A stretch of 37,547 nt of DNA from Candidatus Nanoarchaeia archaeon (GTDB lineage Archaea; Nanobdellota; Nanobdellia; Woesearchaeales; DATDTY01): contig DATDTY010000013.1 of NCBI GenBank assembly GCA_035290625.1, positions 1 through 37,547 of the forward strand, given 5' to 3'. The notes beneath the pieces were generated by a model. It was given only the letters and a program-made list of their open reading frames with translations. It was not told the origin of the DNA and did not search any database. The translations under genes were made by a program, and so were the position numbers. Each line of letters starts with the position of its first letter. The first letter of the stretch is position 1. Shown piece after piece: positions 1-10,007 of the stretch.

Positions 1-1
1 A

Positions 2-1039
2 GGAAGAGCCCAGGATTTGGAGAGCAAGATTAATGAAGTTACTGAGCAGCATCAGAAGGAGCTTGGGCTGCTTGAGAAGCAGTTTAAGCAGCAGCATGAG
101 GGGTGGGAGGAGGAGCTCAGCGCTCTACATAGGGATGTTGATGTTTTGGAAGAACGATTGCGGTTCAATCAGGAACTGTTAAAGTCCCATAGAAGAGGCC
201 CTATAAACAAGCCTGCTATTGAGAACTTTGTCAAAATCCTTATTGGGGCATACCAGCTGGAAACGTTTGTGACAGAGCAAGATCGGGATTTAATAACGGA
301 GGGGCTGATATACCGGGGATTTGACACGAGACTATGCTCTTTCCTTAACGGAGAGAATCATAATATCCATTCCGATGAGCAGAGGCGCCTTCTCGATAAG
401 GTAATTGAATTTGAGCGAGATGCCAGAGTTGAACAGGACACGCTCCCGGGCGTCTTTATGTATATCATTATTGCTTCCAGAATGTATGATATCCTAGATC
501 AGTATGAGGAGGGCATGGGTAAACAACTTGTGCAAAGCGAAAAACAGTTCCTAACCAGCCACCTCGGCTGGAAGTACCACAGAATCGTAAAGCTCAGACA
601 GAATGATGGAGTGAATGAGGAACTCGAGGTATGGGCTTTGAAGAAGTCCATTGAAAAGTACAAAGAAAGCATCCAATTGGGAAAACATGGCCATCAGGAT
701 TATCGGCATCTCGCGCTTTCGCTAAAAGACTATGCAGTTAAGATATCGGATGCGGCTGAATGCGCTGGCTGTCTCGCTGAGGCGAAAGAGGCTGTGCTGC
801 AATTCATGAAGAAAGCTGAACTCGCGTGTACTCCTGAGAATCCCAACCATCTCATTAGACATGAAGTTGCTTCTGCGGAAGATATTATTCTGGAAATTCT
901 TGCGTTTACAAAATATGGGCCTTTGAAGGGAGCCCCTGCGATTAGGGAGATTAACAAGGACTACTGGAAGTTATACAATCCTGATTTTATGGTCTTCAAG
1001 CAAAAGTTAGGGCTTCTTGATGAACGCAGCAATCCTTAG
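2..1039 (+). CDS. Hypothetical protein, 5'-truncated; N-terminal coiled coil followed by an alpha-helical region
   Basis: The frame of ORF 17..1039 is open back to position 2, so the gene probably starts before the window. E/K/Q-rich heptads at the N-terminus. Its 3' end overlaps the convergent gene by 33 nt. Confidence 0.7.
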   Translation, partial: GRAQDLESKINEVTEQHQKELGLLEKQFKQQHEGWEEELSALHRDVDVLEERLRFNQELLKSHRRGPINKPAIENFVKILIGAYQLETFVTEQDRDLITEGLIYRGFDTRLCSFLNGENHNIHSDEQRRLLDKVIEFERDARVEQDTLPGVFMYIIIASRMYDILDQYEEGMGKQLVQSEKQFLTSHLGWKYHRIVKLRQNDGVNEELEVWALKKSIEKYKESIQLGKHGHQDYRHLALSLKDYAVKISDAAECAGCLAEAKEAVLQFMKKAELACTPENPNHLIRHEVASAEDIILEILAFTKYGPLKGAPAIREINKDYWKLYNPDFMVFKQKLGLLDERSNP

Positions 1040-1741
1040 CAAAACAAACCTCTCTGCCCACGCCAGATACAAGACAAGGCTTGCTGTTGTTGCAATGGAA
1101 TAGATCAATGGAGGGGCGAAGTATAACAAGAGGAGGATTCCCAAACTGATGATGAGGGTGAGTGCTGCAAAGAGGAAGGGCTGGATTAAGGAGGGGAATC
1201 TGGTGATTGCAAGAGAGAAGGTTTTCTTGAATGGGATTTTTTCCTTCGTGCTTAAGACACTGAAGATGGGCGTGGTGTAGAGGAAGACGCCTCCAAGAAT
1301 GATGGAAAGGATCTGCTGCTGAGAAGTGTAGCGGAAGACTGCTGCAACAAGCAGAGCCCAGGCTGCATACCAAAAAATATTTAGAATGATAAAACGGAGA
1401 ATAAATTTCTTTGGTTGGAAGAGGAGCAGGAGGATTGCTGCTGTAAAGAGGGTGATAAGGATAAATGCTGATACGCCTGCTATCCAGAAAAGCTGCTCAG
1501 CTCTGCCTATGGAGTCTTCAAACTGAGACTGAAGAATTTGCATCTCTCCCAAAGAGAGCTCTTTTTCAAAATCTGGAACTTCCGGAAGCTTTTGGAAGGC
1601 ATTTCCAATTTCCGCATTCAATACACTCACGCCTGCAACAATACTTGCAAGAAGAAGTATGTTCGCCAGAATCAACAATAGAAATGATTTGCTGATGCTG
1701 AAGCTTCTTTTGTATTCTGCCCAGTGGATTGAGCTTTTCAT
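1007..1741 (-). CDS. Polytopic membrane protein (about 6 TM helices), last gene of the surface operon
   Basis: Several hydrophobic helices. ATG at 1741 (MKSSIHW) lies just after the upstream stop at 1745-1743; ATG 1756 is an alternative start. Confidence 0.75.
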   Translation of the reverse strand: MKSSIHWAEYKRSFSISKSFLLLILANILLLASIVAGVSVLNAEIGNAFQKLPEVPDFEKELSLGEMQILQSQFEDSIGRAEQLFWIAGVSAFILITLFTAAILLLLFQPKKFILRFIILNIFWYAAWALLVAAVFRYTSQQQILSIILGGVFLYTTPIFSVLSTKEKIPFKKTFSLAITRFPSLIQPFLFAALTLIISLGILLLLYFAPPLIYSIATTASLVLYLAWAERFVLLRIAAFIKKP

Positions 1742-1742
1742 C

Positions 1743-4115
1743 TTAAATATCCCCATTCAGCCCAGGCTGGTTTGAAGCTTGCAGCCCAGGAGTTGTCCGT
1801 TCAGGATTTTCAGTGCCTCCAAGGCCTTCTCCTCCGGAGCCTTCAGGCATGGCCATGCAGTCAGGAAGGAAGTCTGATAACGAGGAGCAGATGTTTCCCT
1901 CACGCAGCGCAACCTCTTCTGAATCAACAATAGGGCTGCAGAGTTCAGAGCCTTCCTGGATGCCTATCAAGCAAGGGCTGAGCTGCGGGCCTATCACTTG
2001 GGGATCAAGCCTTGTAAATCTGATGCAGATCTGGTTGTAGTTTCTTGCGCTTTCAAAGAATTTTGAGTCTGTAACCCTGTTAATTTCACCATCCCTTGTT
2101 GCAGTATACATGAAGGGCAGGGCGTTTCCTGTGTCAGTAACCATCGGTATTGCTGCATCTCCTTTCAGCCAGATCTCAAAATTAATCGTGCAGCCTCTCT
2201 CTTCTGAACCGCCGATAACTCCAAAGCTTGCGCGGTAGAGATAGCTGGATTGCGGAGGTTGCGCGCTGTAATTCGTTACACGGACTTTTGTTGCCTCAAC
2301 ATGGGCTGATGCTCCTCCTGTTGGGGTGTCTGAAAAAGCAATTCCTGCATCAATGCTGTCTACTGCTTTCTGCCTGCAGGCCAATGATTCCCAGCCATCC
2401 ATTCCTCCAAGGATGCCTGTGACGAGCTCGTTCTCGATTAAAGGCTGAGGGTCTGTGTAGAAGATATTCAGACCTCTATAGCCTGAGGTGATGTAGCCGA
2501 TCCTGTCAAGGGAGGTTCCTATGGCTGCTGAGTAGTAATCCCACCAGCCGACTTCGTCTCCTTGTGTTTGGCTGCTGGTAAGGAGGCCATTGCTGCTGAG
2601 CCTGTAATAGGTGGTAACACCAGCATCAGTTCGCTGGAAGTAGGTGTTGCCGAGAGGAGTTGGTGTTGAGGTGCCGGTGAATTCTTGTCTTTCTTGGTAT
2701 GCGCCTTGGTCATTAACTGGGTAGATGAAATAATTGTCTTCACCATTTACAATGGTCTGGCCTAAAATGGCGCCGTTACGATAGGTGGTAAGCGGAGTTG
2801 TTGAGATGATTGTATCATCTATATCTGTTACATATGCAACATACCTGTTGTCTTGTGTGTGGAAGGTTCCATCAGCTAATAAGGTTGCTGATTCGCCTTC
2901 TCCATCAGGGATTGGAATGGTAAATACTCCGTTTTGATCGCTCTGAAGAGGACGGTTTGAATCCGGCATAATATATACTCTGCTTGTCGGTCTTCCACCT
3001 TCACCTATCGCCACATAACTAAATCCCCTTCTTCCTTGATCATAGGCCGTAAAGCTGCGGCCGATTTGGGTTGTTGCTATTGGAGTAAAGCTGAAGACAT
3101 CTTGGCCGGAGTAGTATTGGTTGGTGGTGCCGGGGAGGAGTTGGCCGACTTTCGTTTTTTCCCCGAGGTTATATACCTCATGTGTTTGAGGATGAGTCCA
3201 GAAGATTTGTTGAGGAGCTACGGTGGTAGCAGCTTGCGCACCAGTAGATGCCTGAGCAGATTGGTAACTCACAGAACCGTAGCCTAAAGGATTCCCATTA
3301 GCATCCTGGTACACAAAGAGATTATTTGGAAGAGCTGATTCGCTCGCGATATTATTTTTGAAAATACGGATTTCTTCTCCTTGACTGTTTCTAGCACTAA
3401 TCATTACTTGCGCAAGGCGTTGTGCTGCAGGTGGTTCTGTCCCCAGCTGTAGCGCTTCTGCTCCTGAAACATAGCCGTACACATGCACACCACTAGGAAG
3501 ATTTTCCGATGCGTAAAACTGCCCATCGTCTCCGAGAACATACCAGGTTTCAGCCTGTAATTGAGTTATAGGTATTGAAGAGCCTTGCGGTTGAAGGCTG
3601 GTTTGATAATTTTGGACAGATTGAATATAAGCCCTAGTATCCGCAGGGATGCCATCATACCAACGCTCGCCGTTCCGGCCAAGCGCTCGGTTCAAATCTC
3701 CTTCTCCCCAGTTATAGGCAGCCAGAGCTTTTGGTCTGTTTCCGCCATACTGACTGACAAGACGCGCATAATGCATGGTTCCTGCTTGAATGTTTTGGGT
3801 TGGGTTATAAGAGTCAACTACTTGGTAATACCCCTCCCCATTTGGCTTGAAGTAATCATAGTTAAGCTGCATCAGACCTCGGCTATCTTCACCGAGAGTA
3901 TTGTGGGCGGCCGGGTTAAAATTCGATTCTTGTTGTATAATCCCTTTAATTTCTGCTGAAGTAATAGCAGCGTTCGGATATGCGCTATTCGCGCTTGAAA
4001 CAGCAGCTGCAATAATTTGATCGTAAGCATTTGGTTGAGAGGTTTGCGCGTGAGCGATTTGCGTACCTGTTAAAATAAGTACCAGTACCAACAACGCTAT
4101 TAGTTTATTCTTCAT
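1743..4115 (-). CDS. Secreted protein with an N-terminal soluble lytic transglycosylase (SLT/GH23-like) domain and a long uncharacterised C-terminal region
   Basis: Signal peptide MKNKLIALLVLVLILTGTQIAHA. SLT motifs IIQQESNFNPAA (catalytic Glu), SRGLMQL, NPTQNIQAGTMHY, ALAAYNWGEG and TRAYIQSV. Cys-containing C-terminal domain. Confidence 0.9.
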   Translation of the reverse strand: MKNKLIALLVLVLILTGTQIAHAQTSQPNAYDQIIAAAVSSANSAYPNAAITSAEIKGIIQQESNFNPAAHNTLGEDSRGLMQLNYDYFKPNGEGYYQVVDSYNPTQNIQAGTMHYARLVSQYGGNRPKALAAYNWGEGDLNRALGRNGERWYDGIPADTRAYIQSVQNYQTSLQPQGSSIPITQLQAETWYVLGDDGQFYASENLPSGVHVYGYVSGAEALQLGTEPPAAQRLAQVMISARNSQGEEIRIFKNNIASESALPNNLFVYQDANGNPLGYGSVSYQSAQASTGAQAATTVAPQQIFWTHPQTHEVYNLGEKTKVGQLLPGTTNQYYSGQDVFSFTPIATTQIGRSFTAYDQGRRGFSYVAIGEGGRPTSRVYIMPDSNRPLQSDQNGVFTIPIPDGEGESATLLADGTFHTQDNRYVAYVTDIDDTIISTTPLTTYRNGAILGQTIVNGEDNYFIYPVNDQGAYQERQEFTGTSTPTPLGNTYFQRTDAGVTTYYRLSSNGLLTSSQTQGDEVGWWDYYSAAIGTSLDRIGYITSGYRGLNIFYTDPQPLIENELVTGILGGMDGWESLACRQKAVDSIDAGIAFSDTPTGGASAHVEATKVRVTNYSAQPPQSSYLYRASFGVIGGSEERGCTINFEIWLKGDAAIPMVTDTGNALPFMYTATRDGEINRVTDSKFFESARNYNQICIRFTRLDPQVIGPQLSPCLIGIQEGSELCSPIVDSEEVALREGNICSSLSDFLPDCMAMPEGSGGEGLGGTENPERTTPGLQASNQPGLNGDI

Positions 4116-7100
4116 CTCTCAACGCCTTGTCACAGACTTCATTTCCTAATGTTGCATCCTGCCAGAACGGAGTGCAGCCTCCTAAGCCGAGGTCGCAGCC
4201 GATCTCAAGGAAGACATTCAAAAAATCTGCATAACTACAAGCAGTGCAAAGGCCTGGTATCGGGTTAGGTGTCGGTGTTGCACATGTGATACGGCAAGAT
4301 CCACTTGCTATAAACCCTACCAATGCGAGAGGGCTGGAAAGCGCGGTGAGTATGTTCTGGGCAATAACTGAGATGGCTGCAGCAAAGGGAATGAGGTTGA
4401 AGAACTCTCCGAAGACAAATTTGCACTGCTGATAGCTCTTGCGCTCTGAGCAGATGCTGACGGGCAATCCGTCCTTCGCAAGCTTCAAGCAGCCGATGTA
4501 CTCACATTCAATTGCCCTTGCCTTCTGGAGGTTGAAGATGATCCCTGGAAGGCAGAGGAATGCTATGCTGAGGATAAGGCTTCCCTGAGGATCAACATTT
4601 CCAAAGTAGTCTTCTCTGCTATTAGCCTGGTTCTGGAGGAACCAGGGAGAGGCTATGATCCTTTGATACCAACTCGCGCCTGCTCCTTCTTCTGGGATTC
4701 TGCTAGTGCTCCAAGGATCGCTTTCGGGTGTTGGCTCTCTATCTGTTACCTGGCGTTGATTGGACCCATAAGGTGTATCAGAGTCGGAGCCCAACCAGTC
4801 TTTCTTCCACATTTGGCAGCTGAGGAGCTTGCACCATTTATTCCCTGACTCTCTGTAAAGTTTCTTGAAGGTTTCCTTTCCTGCTTCAAGACCTGCAGCT
4901 TCTGCTGTCTGGGCTTGACAGCAGGGGCTATTTGGCCCACCAAAAATAAAGAAAGTGGTTGCACAACAGCTTTTGAATCCATCTGTAATGGCAGCCCAGG
5001 TTTGCTTAATCTGCTCCCATCTGTACAGGAACCTGCAAACTGTTTGCGCAAATCTCAGGATCGTATTTGCAATGTCAAGCCACTCTGCCTTGACAAGCCA
5101 GCTGTCTTTTGCTTTTTCAATCTCTGCGTCAATGTTTGCAGCAGCATTCCCTAAAGGATTGTTGTAGTAGGGAATCTCAACTGCAACCTCCTGGGACTCT
5201 GCTATTGATACTGTTTCATCATTCACCAATGTCCTGATGTTGATGTTGCAGGTTACAGGAACAACAGGAGATTCGGGGGCTCTTTGCTTCATTGTGTATT
5301 TGAGATAGAACTGATAATGTCCAGGCTGCCTGTTTGCAACTGAATTGAAATCAACAATCTCAGGCTTATTCTTCTCAGAGCTGAGGAGCGTATTCTGGCC
5401 AGAGCAGTCTCCAACTTGGATGTCAACAGGAAAAACATTTTGCTGTTTTGGAGTCAGGGTAATAGGGAACCAGATAAAGGGATCGTAAAAGGTTACTAAA
5501 CTGCGGTCAATGCCATGGGGAGAAGGCTCTCCTACTGCAAGATCCCAGTAATCAACAGGAGCCTGTCCTCCTGTTCCATAGACTCTGACTGGAAGAGTTT
5601 CCCTGTGCTCATTTCCTGCAACATCTGTAAATATCAGAATAAGGTTGGCGTCGAATGGTCCTGGCCTGTCGATGAGCATTTCCTGATTCCAGGTGCATCG
5701 ATAGCCTGCTGCTGTTGCCACACAATCTGCCTGTTTGCTTGTTGCTCCTTGCTGGAGCCCTGAATAATCTGTTACTGCAGTTATGAGTGAGCTATCGGAG
5801 ACATCTGCAATGATCTCAAGGCCGCTGTTGAGGGTAGGGACTGTGGTAAGGGAATTTTGAGAGGTTTGCACAGTACGGAAGCTGGAAGAAGATACTGTTG
5901 GAGGCTCTCTATCGATGCTGAAGGAAAATCCCTCGTTGGGCTGGAGCGGATTGCCTAACGCATCTGCTGATTCAGCGAAACGAAGCGTGACTGCGCCTGT
6001 TCCTTGGGTTGCAGCAACGCCTTCCCAGGTGCACGTTTTGCTGGTTGTTGAGTTATCGCAGGAGGTTGCTGGAACTCTGATTGAGCCTCCGATTGGAGAA
6101 AGGTCGAGAAACACCATTTGAGAGTTCATGGCGTTGTTTTCTGTGAAGGTTGCTGTGAGGGTATTATTCTGGCTGCCGAGCCAGCTCACGCCTGGATCAG
6201 CTCCGTCATCAACATGATTTGAAACAAGGCTTGCTGCCTGAGGGCCTTCTTCGTCTATCTTTAAGGTTGCTGAGAGAGGGGTTGTTGTTGACTGGCCTGC
6301 ATTATCTGCTGCCGTAAATGATATAGAAACTTGATTCTGTCCTGATGGCAGATCAATAAGAACATCTCGCCAAGTGCATTCCCATACGCCTTCAGCCAGT
6401 GTGCAGGGGCTTGGACCAGGACTGTAGGATGGATTTATCAAAACGGGGTTCAACGCCTGCAAATTTGCACCCAGAGAGTTGATATTCAGTCCGGTTTCTG
6501 GATCAGTGATGCCAACAGAAACATCGACGCTGCTTATGCTTCGGCTGAACCATCCTGTAAGAGGCTGCCCGTTTTTTAATATCCTGAGCTCTGAGATGCG
6601 CGGCCCAAGAGTGTCCTGTTGGAAGTCGTGAGTAAGGGCTATATTTTGAGTGACTCTATTCCCTGCATTATCTGAAACAGTGATTGGGATATCAAAATTG
6701 AAATTTACTGCTGTGAGGGTATAGGGAAATGCCCAGGAGCATCTGGTTACACCATTGACTGGTGCTTGGCAGGTTACGGGCTGATTGGCTAGGCCAAACA
6801 GGGCAAGGTTTGCTGCCACGCTTGATGAATTCAAGTCTGATTCGGTAATGTCGATGCTAAAGCTTACAGCAACAGGGATAGGAGCATAATACACAACAGG
6901 TGCATTTCCTTCTGTGATTTGAAGCTCATGGAGAGTGAATGCAGGAAGGGTTTTATCAACCCTGAAAGAGACTGATGCTGTTGCTGACTGGTCAAAGTAG
7001 TCTTTGGCGATAAGCGGAATTGTGTTAGGGCCGTCTGCAAGGTCAGAGGCAGCAAGAGTGAAGGATTCCTGAAGAGTGCATCTGCCTTGAGGCCTGTTGA

Positions 7101-7668
7101 GGACATGTTCCACTCCATTTACTGTTACTGACTTGAGACCAACACATTCGTTTTGTCGAACAGAGGGTTCTGTAGATGAGTTCTCCCTGATGTTAGCGGT
7201 TATCCTGACAGTATCGCCAGCAGCGTACAATTGCTTATCAGTTGAGATTGAGACAATTTCTGGAGGAAGATGATCGCAGACTGAGCGTATATCTGCCTGA
7301 TATCGTGTTTGCGTTCCTCGGTCATCATAGAGTGCTACCTGGAAATTTTCTGAATCGCAGACACGAAGGGTATGGAAGTCCTGATTCGGAAGGCTGCAGA
7401 GATACCCAAGGTCTGGATGGCTGTCATCAAACACACATGCCTCAAACTGCCTTCCGCTTGGCAAGCGCACTTGGTCTGGGGTGATTGTTGGGTCAGTCGG
7501 AAGCTGGGCATAGACCCAGAAGCTGAAGAGATCCTGGGAATTCCTGACATAACCTGGAATATTGTCGTTGCCCTTCACCTCTCCGTTATTCAATCCGTAA
7601 ATCGCTGCTGTGGAGACTGGCAAGAGGATGATAAGCCAGCTCATGAAGAGGGCAAGGAACCGTTTCAT
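4105..7668 (-). CDS. Large secreted/surface protein with Ig-like repeats and a Cys-rich, partly hydrophobic C-terminal domain
   Basis: Signal peptide. Repeated Ig-type boundaries DHLPP/DKTLP/DTLGP/DEEGP/DREPP and D-x-A/L-G-N/Q turns, each repeat with a Cys pair and a CxW motif. The C-terminal ~330 aa has many Cys and the segment SLILSIAFLCLPGIIFNLQKAR. Overlaps both neighbours (translational coupling). Confidence 0.85.
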   Translation of the reverse strand: MKRFLALFMSWLIILLPVSTAAIYGLNNGEVKGNDNIPGYVRNSQDLFSFWVYAQLPTDPTITPDQVRLPSGRQFEACVFDDSHPDLGYLCSLPNQDFHTLRVCDSENFQVALYDDRGTQTRYQADIRSVCDHLPPEIVSISTDKQLYAAGDTVRITANIRENSSTEPSVRQNECVGLKSVTVNGVEHVLNRPQGRCTLQESFTLAASDLADGPNTIPLIAKDYFDQSATASVSFRVDKTLPAFTLHELQITEGNAPVVYYAPIPVAVSFSIDITESDLNSSSVAANLALFGLANQPVTCQAPVNGVTRCSWAFPYTLTAVNFNFDIPITVSDNAGNRVTQNIALTHDFQQDTLGPRISELRILKNGQPLTGWFSRSISSVDVSVGITDPETGLNINSLGANLQALNPVLINPSYSPGPSPCTLAEGVWECTWRDVLIDLPSGQNQVSISFTAADNAGQSTTTPLSATLKIDEEGPQAASLVSNHVDDGADPGVSWLGSQNNTLTATFTENNAMNSQMVFLDLSPIGGSIRVPATSCDNSTTSKTCTWEGVAATQGTGAVTLRFAESADALGNPLQPNEGFSFSIDREPPTVSSSSFRTVQTSQNSLTTVPTLNSGLEIIADVSDSSLITAVTDYSGLQQGATSKQADCVATAAGYRCTWNQEMLIDRPGPFDANLILIFTDVAGNEHRETLPVRVYGTGGQAPVDYWDLAVGEPSPHGIDRSLVTFYDPFIWFPITLTPKQQNVFPVDIQVGDCSGQNTLLSSEKNKPEIVDFNSVANRQPGHYQFYLKYTMKQRAPESPVVPVTCNINIRTLVNDETVSIAESQEVAVEIPYYNNPLGNAAANIDAEIEKAKDSWLVKAEWLDIANTILRFAQTVCRFLYRWEQIKQTWAAITDGFKSCCATTFFIFGGPNSPCCQAQTAEAAGLEAGKETFKKLYRESGNKWCKLLSCQMWKKDWLGSDSDTPYGSNQRQVTDREPTPESDPWSTSRIPEEGAGASWYQRIIASPWFLQNQANSREDYFGNVDPQGSLILSIAFLCLPGIIFNLQKARAIECEYIGCLKLAKDGLPVSICSERKSYQQCKFVFGEFFNLIPFAAAISVIAQNILTALSSPLALVGFIASGSCRITCATPTPNPIPGLCTACSYADFLNVFLEIGCDLGLGGCTPFWQDATLGNEVCDKALRDEE

Positions 7669-9881
7669 TCTATGCTAACCTCGCCAGGATGGTCGCTGCT
7701 GAATTCCTCTTTTTTCCCGGCTGTTCGTATGTGGTCGTCTGTGTAAAGATTGTCAAAGGTCTGCGGGCTTGCAATGACTCCAAATTGGATAGGGGTGTCG
7801 ACTCGGGCACGATCGTCAAGGAACTCTGGAGAGAATCTGAAGGTTCGGTAAGCGCCCCCTATTTGCATATCAGAGTCATAGGGTATGGGTTCAGTCGTTA
7901 CTCTGACATCATCCCCAAACACGCCGCCATCCTTTTTATAGGTTTGTCCTTGGAATACGACATTTGTCCTTTCGGCATTTGGAAGCTGGTACATGAGGTC
8001 TATGTCAATTTGGTAGTTTCCAGGAGCAATGGAGATCTCAACTGGGCCTGTGCTATCGTTATAGAGCGCAAATACAGGATCAAGATCAGGATCTGAGGGG
8101 TCGTCTTTGAGGTGCTGGAGCTGGATCATAGCATAATCATACTGTTCAAGAGGGACTTTGATCCAATCAAACTGCCAGCTCCCATCAATACGCATATGTC
8201 TCGCTTTCTCAACCATAACTTTAACCGTACGGTAGGGCTCAAGCTCAACCCGCAGGGTTTCTCCTGAGCAGATGACTGAAGGATCTTCACAGCGTGCATC
8301 TATTGCTCGGTTTGCATCGCAGAGCACAGTTGCTCGCGTTGTATTGGTCACATAGCCTTCCTTTGAGAATGAAAGAGTTCCCCCTGCCACTGAAGGAAGA
8401 TTGGCTGCTCCATCAGTTGAGCTAATGCTGCACTGTTCAGCCTCTATGCCATAGCTTACTGCAACATCATCAATAATGGATGCTGTCTTTGCGTCTGTTG
8501 CTTCAATTCTCACATCAGCGCATGCAACTGCTGGCCTGCAGAGATTTGTTGCCACAGGCGGGTATGAAGAAACTCTTCCGCTTCCTGTGCAGTTGATTGG
8601 CTTGTTGTCCCTCACATTTGCCTCAAGGCCGAAATAAAATTTATACCCTCTTGAATTGAATGCGTCGGGATCATACAGCTGGACAACTACAGGAAAAGAG
8701 GCATCATAATAAAAGTTGTATCTCCTGCTGATGCCAATCAATGGAAAAAAACCTGAGGATATTGTTTCAGGCCCTATCGAGTCTCCTTCCACGCCTCTTC
8801 CTGTAATGTCAAAATAGATCGGCCAGTCGATATAATTAAAATTTGCGTCATAATTGGCAAACTGCGCGTCAAATTGCAGGCTTTGCGGATTTGGCAAAAG
8901 ATTTGCAGGATTCAAGAAGGGGTTATGGATCAGGAAGGTTGCTGCCTGGAGCGGCGTGCTTCCCCTATCCCGGTAATTATGGAGAGGATATACCTGAAGG
9001 AGTGACGTGTAAGGAAGCACATCTCTCTGGAATTTCTCTGTTACCTGCTGCTTGCTCCATCGCTCTTCCCTGCTTCCTGGGCCGAACTGCGATGCAGACA
9101 TCGGAGGAAGCCTGTTGCGGTCCAATGGAAGGGATAATGTGCTGATTATAGATGTTGTCCATTTTTCAATTATCGAGTAGTTCTGCTGGGTGTTGAGGAT
9201 TAACTCTGCAAGGCCGTAAGTCCTGTTGAGGTTTACAGGAAGCCTGATGACAGACTGGCCGAAATCCTGCTTTTGCTCTTCTTTCCTGGCCTGGAAAGGA
9301 TAGGTGACGAAGATGGTTACATCGTTTTCACCAATATCTGTGTCTACTGAGATGTCTGCATCTGAGGGAAGCTGGAAGTCAAATCCCTGGCTGCGAAAGA
9401 TGTTAAAATTATCAATGCAGGAAGGCAATTGCCGCTCAACATATTCTGAGATCCTGCTTTCAATGGAATTTGGGCCTTTCAAAGGAGGCTTTTCAGAGGC
9501 GCAGTTGCAGTTTTGCCTGCAGGTGTTGGTGCTTGCGAAGTGAATCCAATACGGGACAGCGCTTGCCGGCTCGTTGGTTAAGGTTCTTACGCCTTCGCTT
9601 TCAGTTGGCTCTGCTGTTGCAGAAAAACTGAGGTCGCTGCTCAGATACCCCCCATGCTCGCCTAAATTCTTAATTCCTGCTTCTCCTGTCGAAGAGATGC
9701 AATTGTCAACAAAACTTCTGACAGGCTGGAAGAGGACAGGGGTTTCTTCCCGGAAAATCTCAGGAACATCTACTCTTGCGGTCTGCTGCGTTGAATAGAG
9801 GACAAGGCCGATGCTGATGAGAAGCAGGATGCCGATTATAATAAACAAGGTTACCTGAGCCCTTCTTGCCTGCAAAAGCAT
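7665..9881 (-). CDS. Large pilin-like protein with a class III (prepilin) signal peptide
   Basis: ATG 9881 preceded by AGAGGGGA. N-terminus MLLQARRA/QVTLFIIIGILLLISIGLVLY fits the archaeal class III signal (basic residues, G/A, cleavage, hydrophobic stretch). The ORF-track start at 9926 is probably too early. Confidence 0.8.
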   Translation of the reverse strand: MLLQARRAQVTLFIIIGILLLISIGLVLYSTQQTARVDVPEIFREETPVLFQPVRSFVDNCISSTGEAGIKNLGEHGGYLSSDLSFSATAEPTESEGVRTLTNEPASAVPYWIHFASTNTCRQNCNCASEKPPLKGPNSIESRISEYVERQLPSCIDNFNIFRSQGFDFQLPSDADISVDTDIGENDVTIFVTYPFQARKEEQKQDFGQSVIRLPVNLNRTYGLAELILNTQQNYSIIEKWTTSIISTLSLPLDRNRLPPMSASQFGPGSREERWSKQQVTEKFQRDVLPYTSLLQVYPLHNYRDRGSTPLQAATFLIHNPFLNPANLLPNPQSLQFDAQFANYDANFNYIDWPIYFDITGRGVEGDSIGPETISSGFFPLIGISRRYNFYYDASFPVVVQLYDPDAFNSRGYKFYFGLEANVRDNKPINCTGSGRVSSYPPVATNLCRPAVACADVRIEATDAKTASIIDDVAVSYGIEAEQCSISSTDGAANLPSVAGGTLSFSKEGYVTNTTRATVLCDANRAIDARCEDPSVICSGETLRVELEPYRTVKVMVEKARHMRIDGSWQFDWIKVPLEQYDYAMIQLQHLKDDPSDPDLDPVFALYNDSTGPVEISIAPGNYQIDIDLMYQLPNAERTNVVFQGQTYKKDGGVFGDDVRVTTEPIPYDSDMQIGGAYRTFRFSPEFLDDRARVDTPIQFGVIASPQTFDNLYTDDHIRTAGKKEEFSSDHPGEVSIE

Positions 9882-9933
9882 TTCCCCTCTTTTTGATAGA
9901 CTAAACCCTAGTGAGGAAGATACCAAGAAGGAG

Positions 9934-9953
9934 TGTATTTATAGGTTTCTGTT
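9934..9953 (-). promoter_or_regulatory. BRE/TATA promoter of the surface operon
   Basis: Minus strand reads ACAGAAACCTATAAATACA about 55-70 nt upstream of ATG 9881. Confidence 0.5.
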
Positions 9954-10007
9954 TTTTTGCTATGAAGGAAAAAAGGAGGGGGAACTGCAGGGAAGCCTGG
10001 AGGTGGT

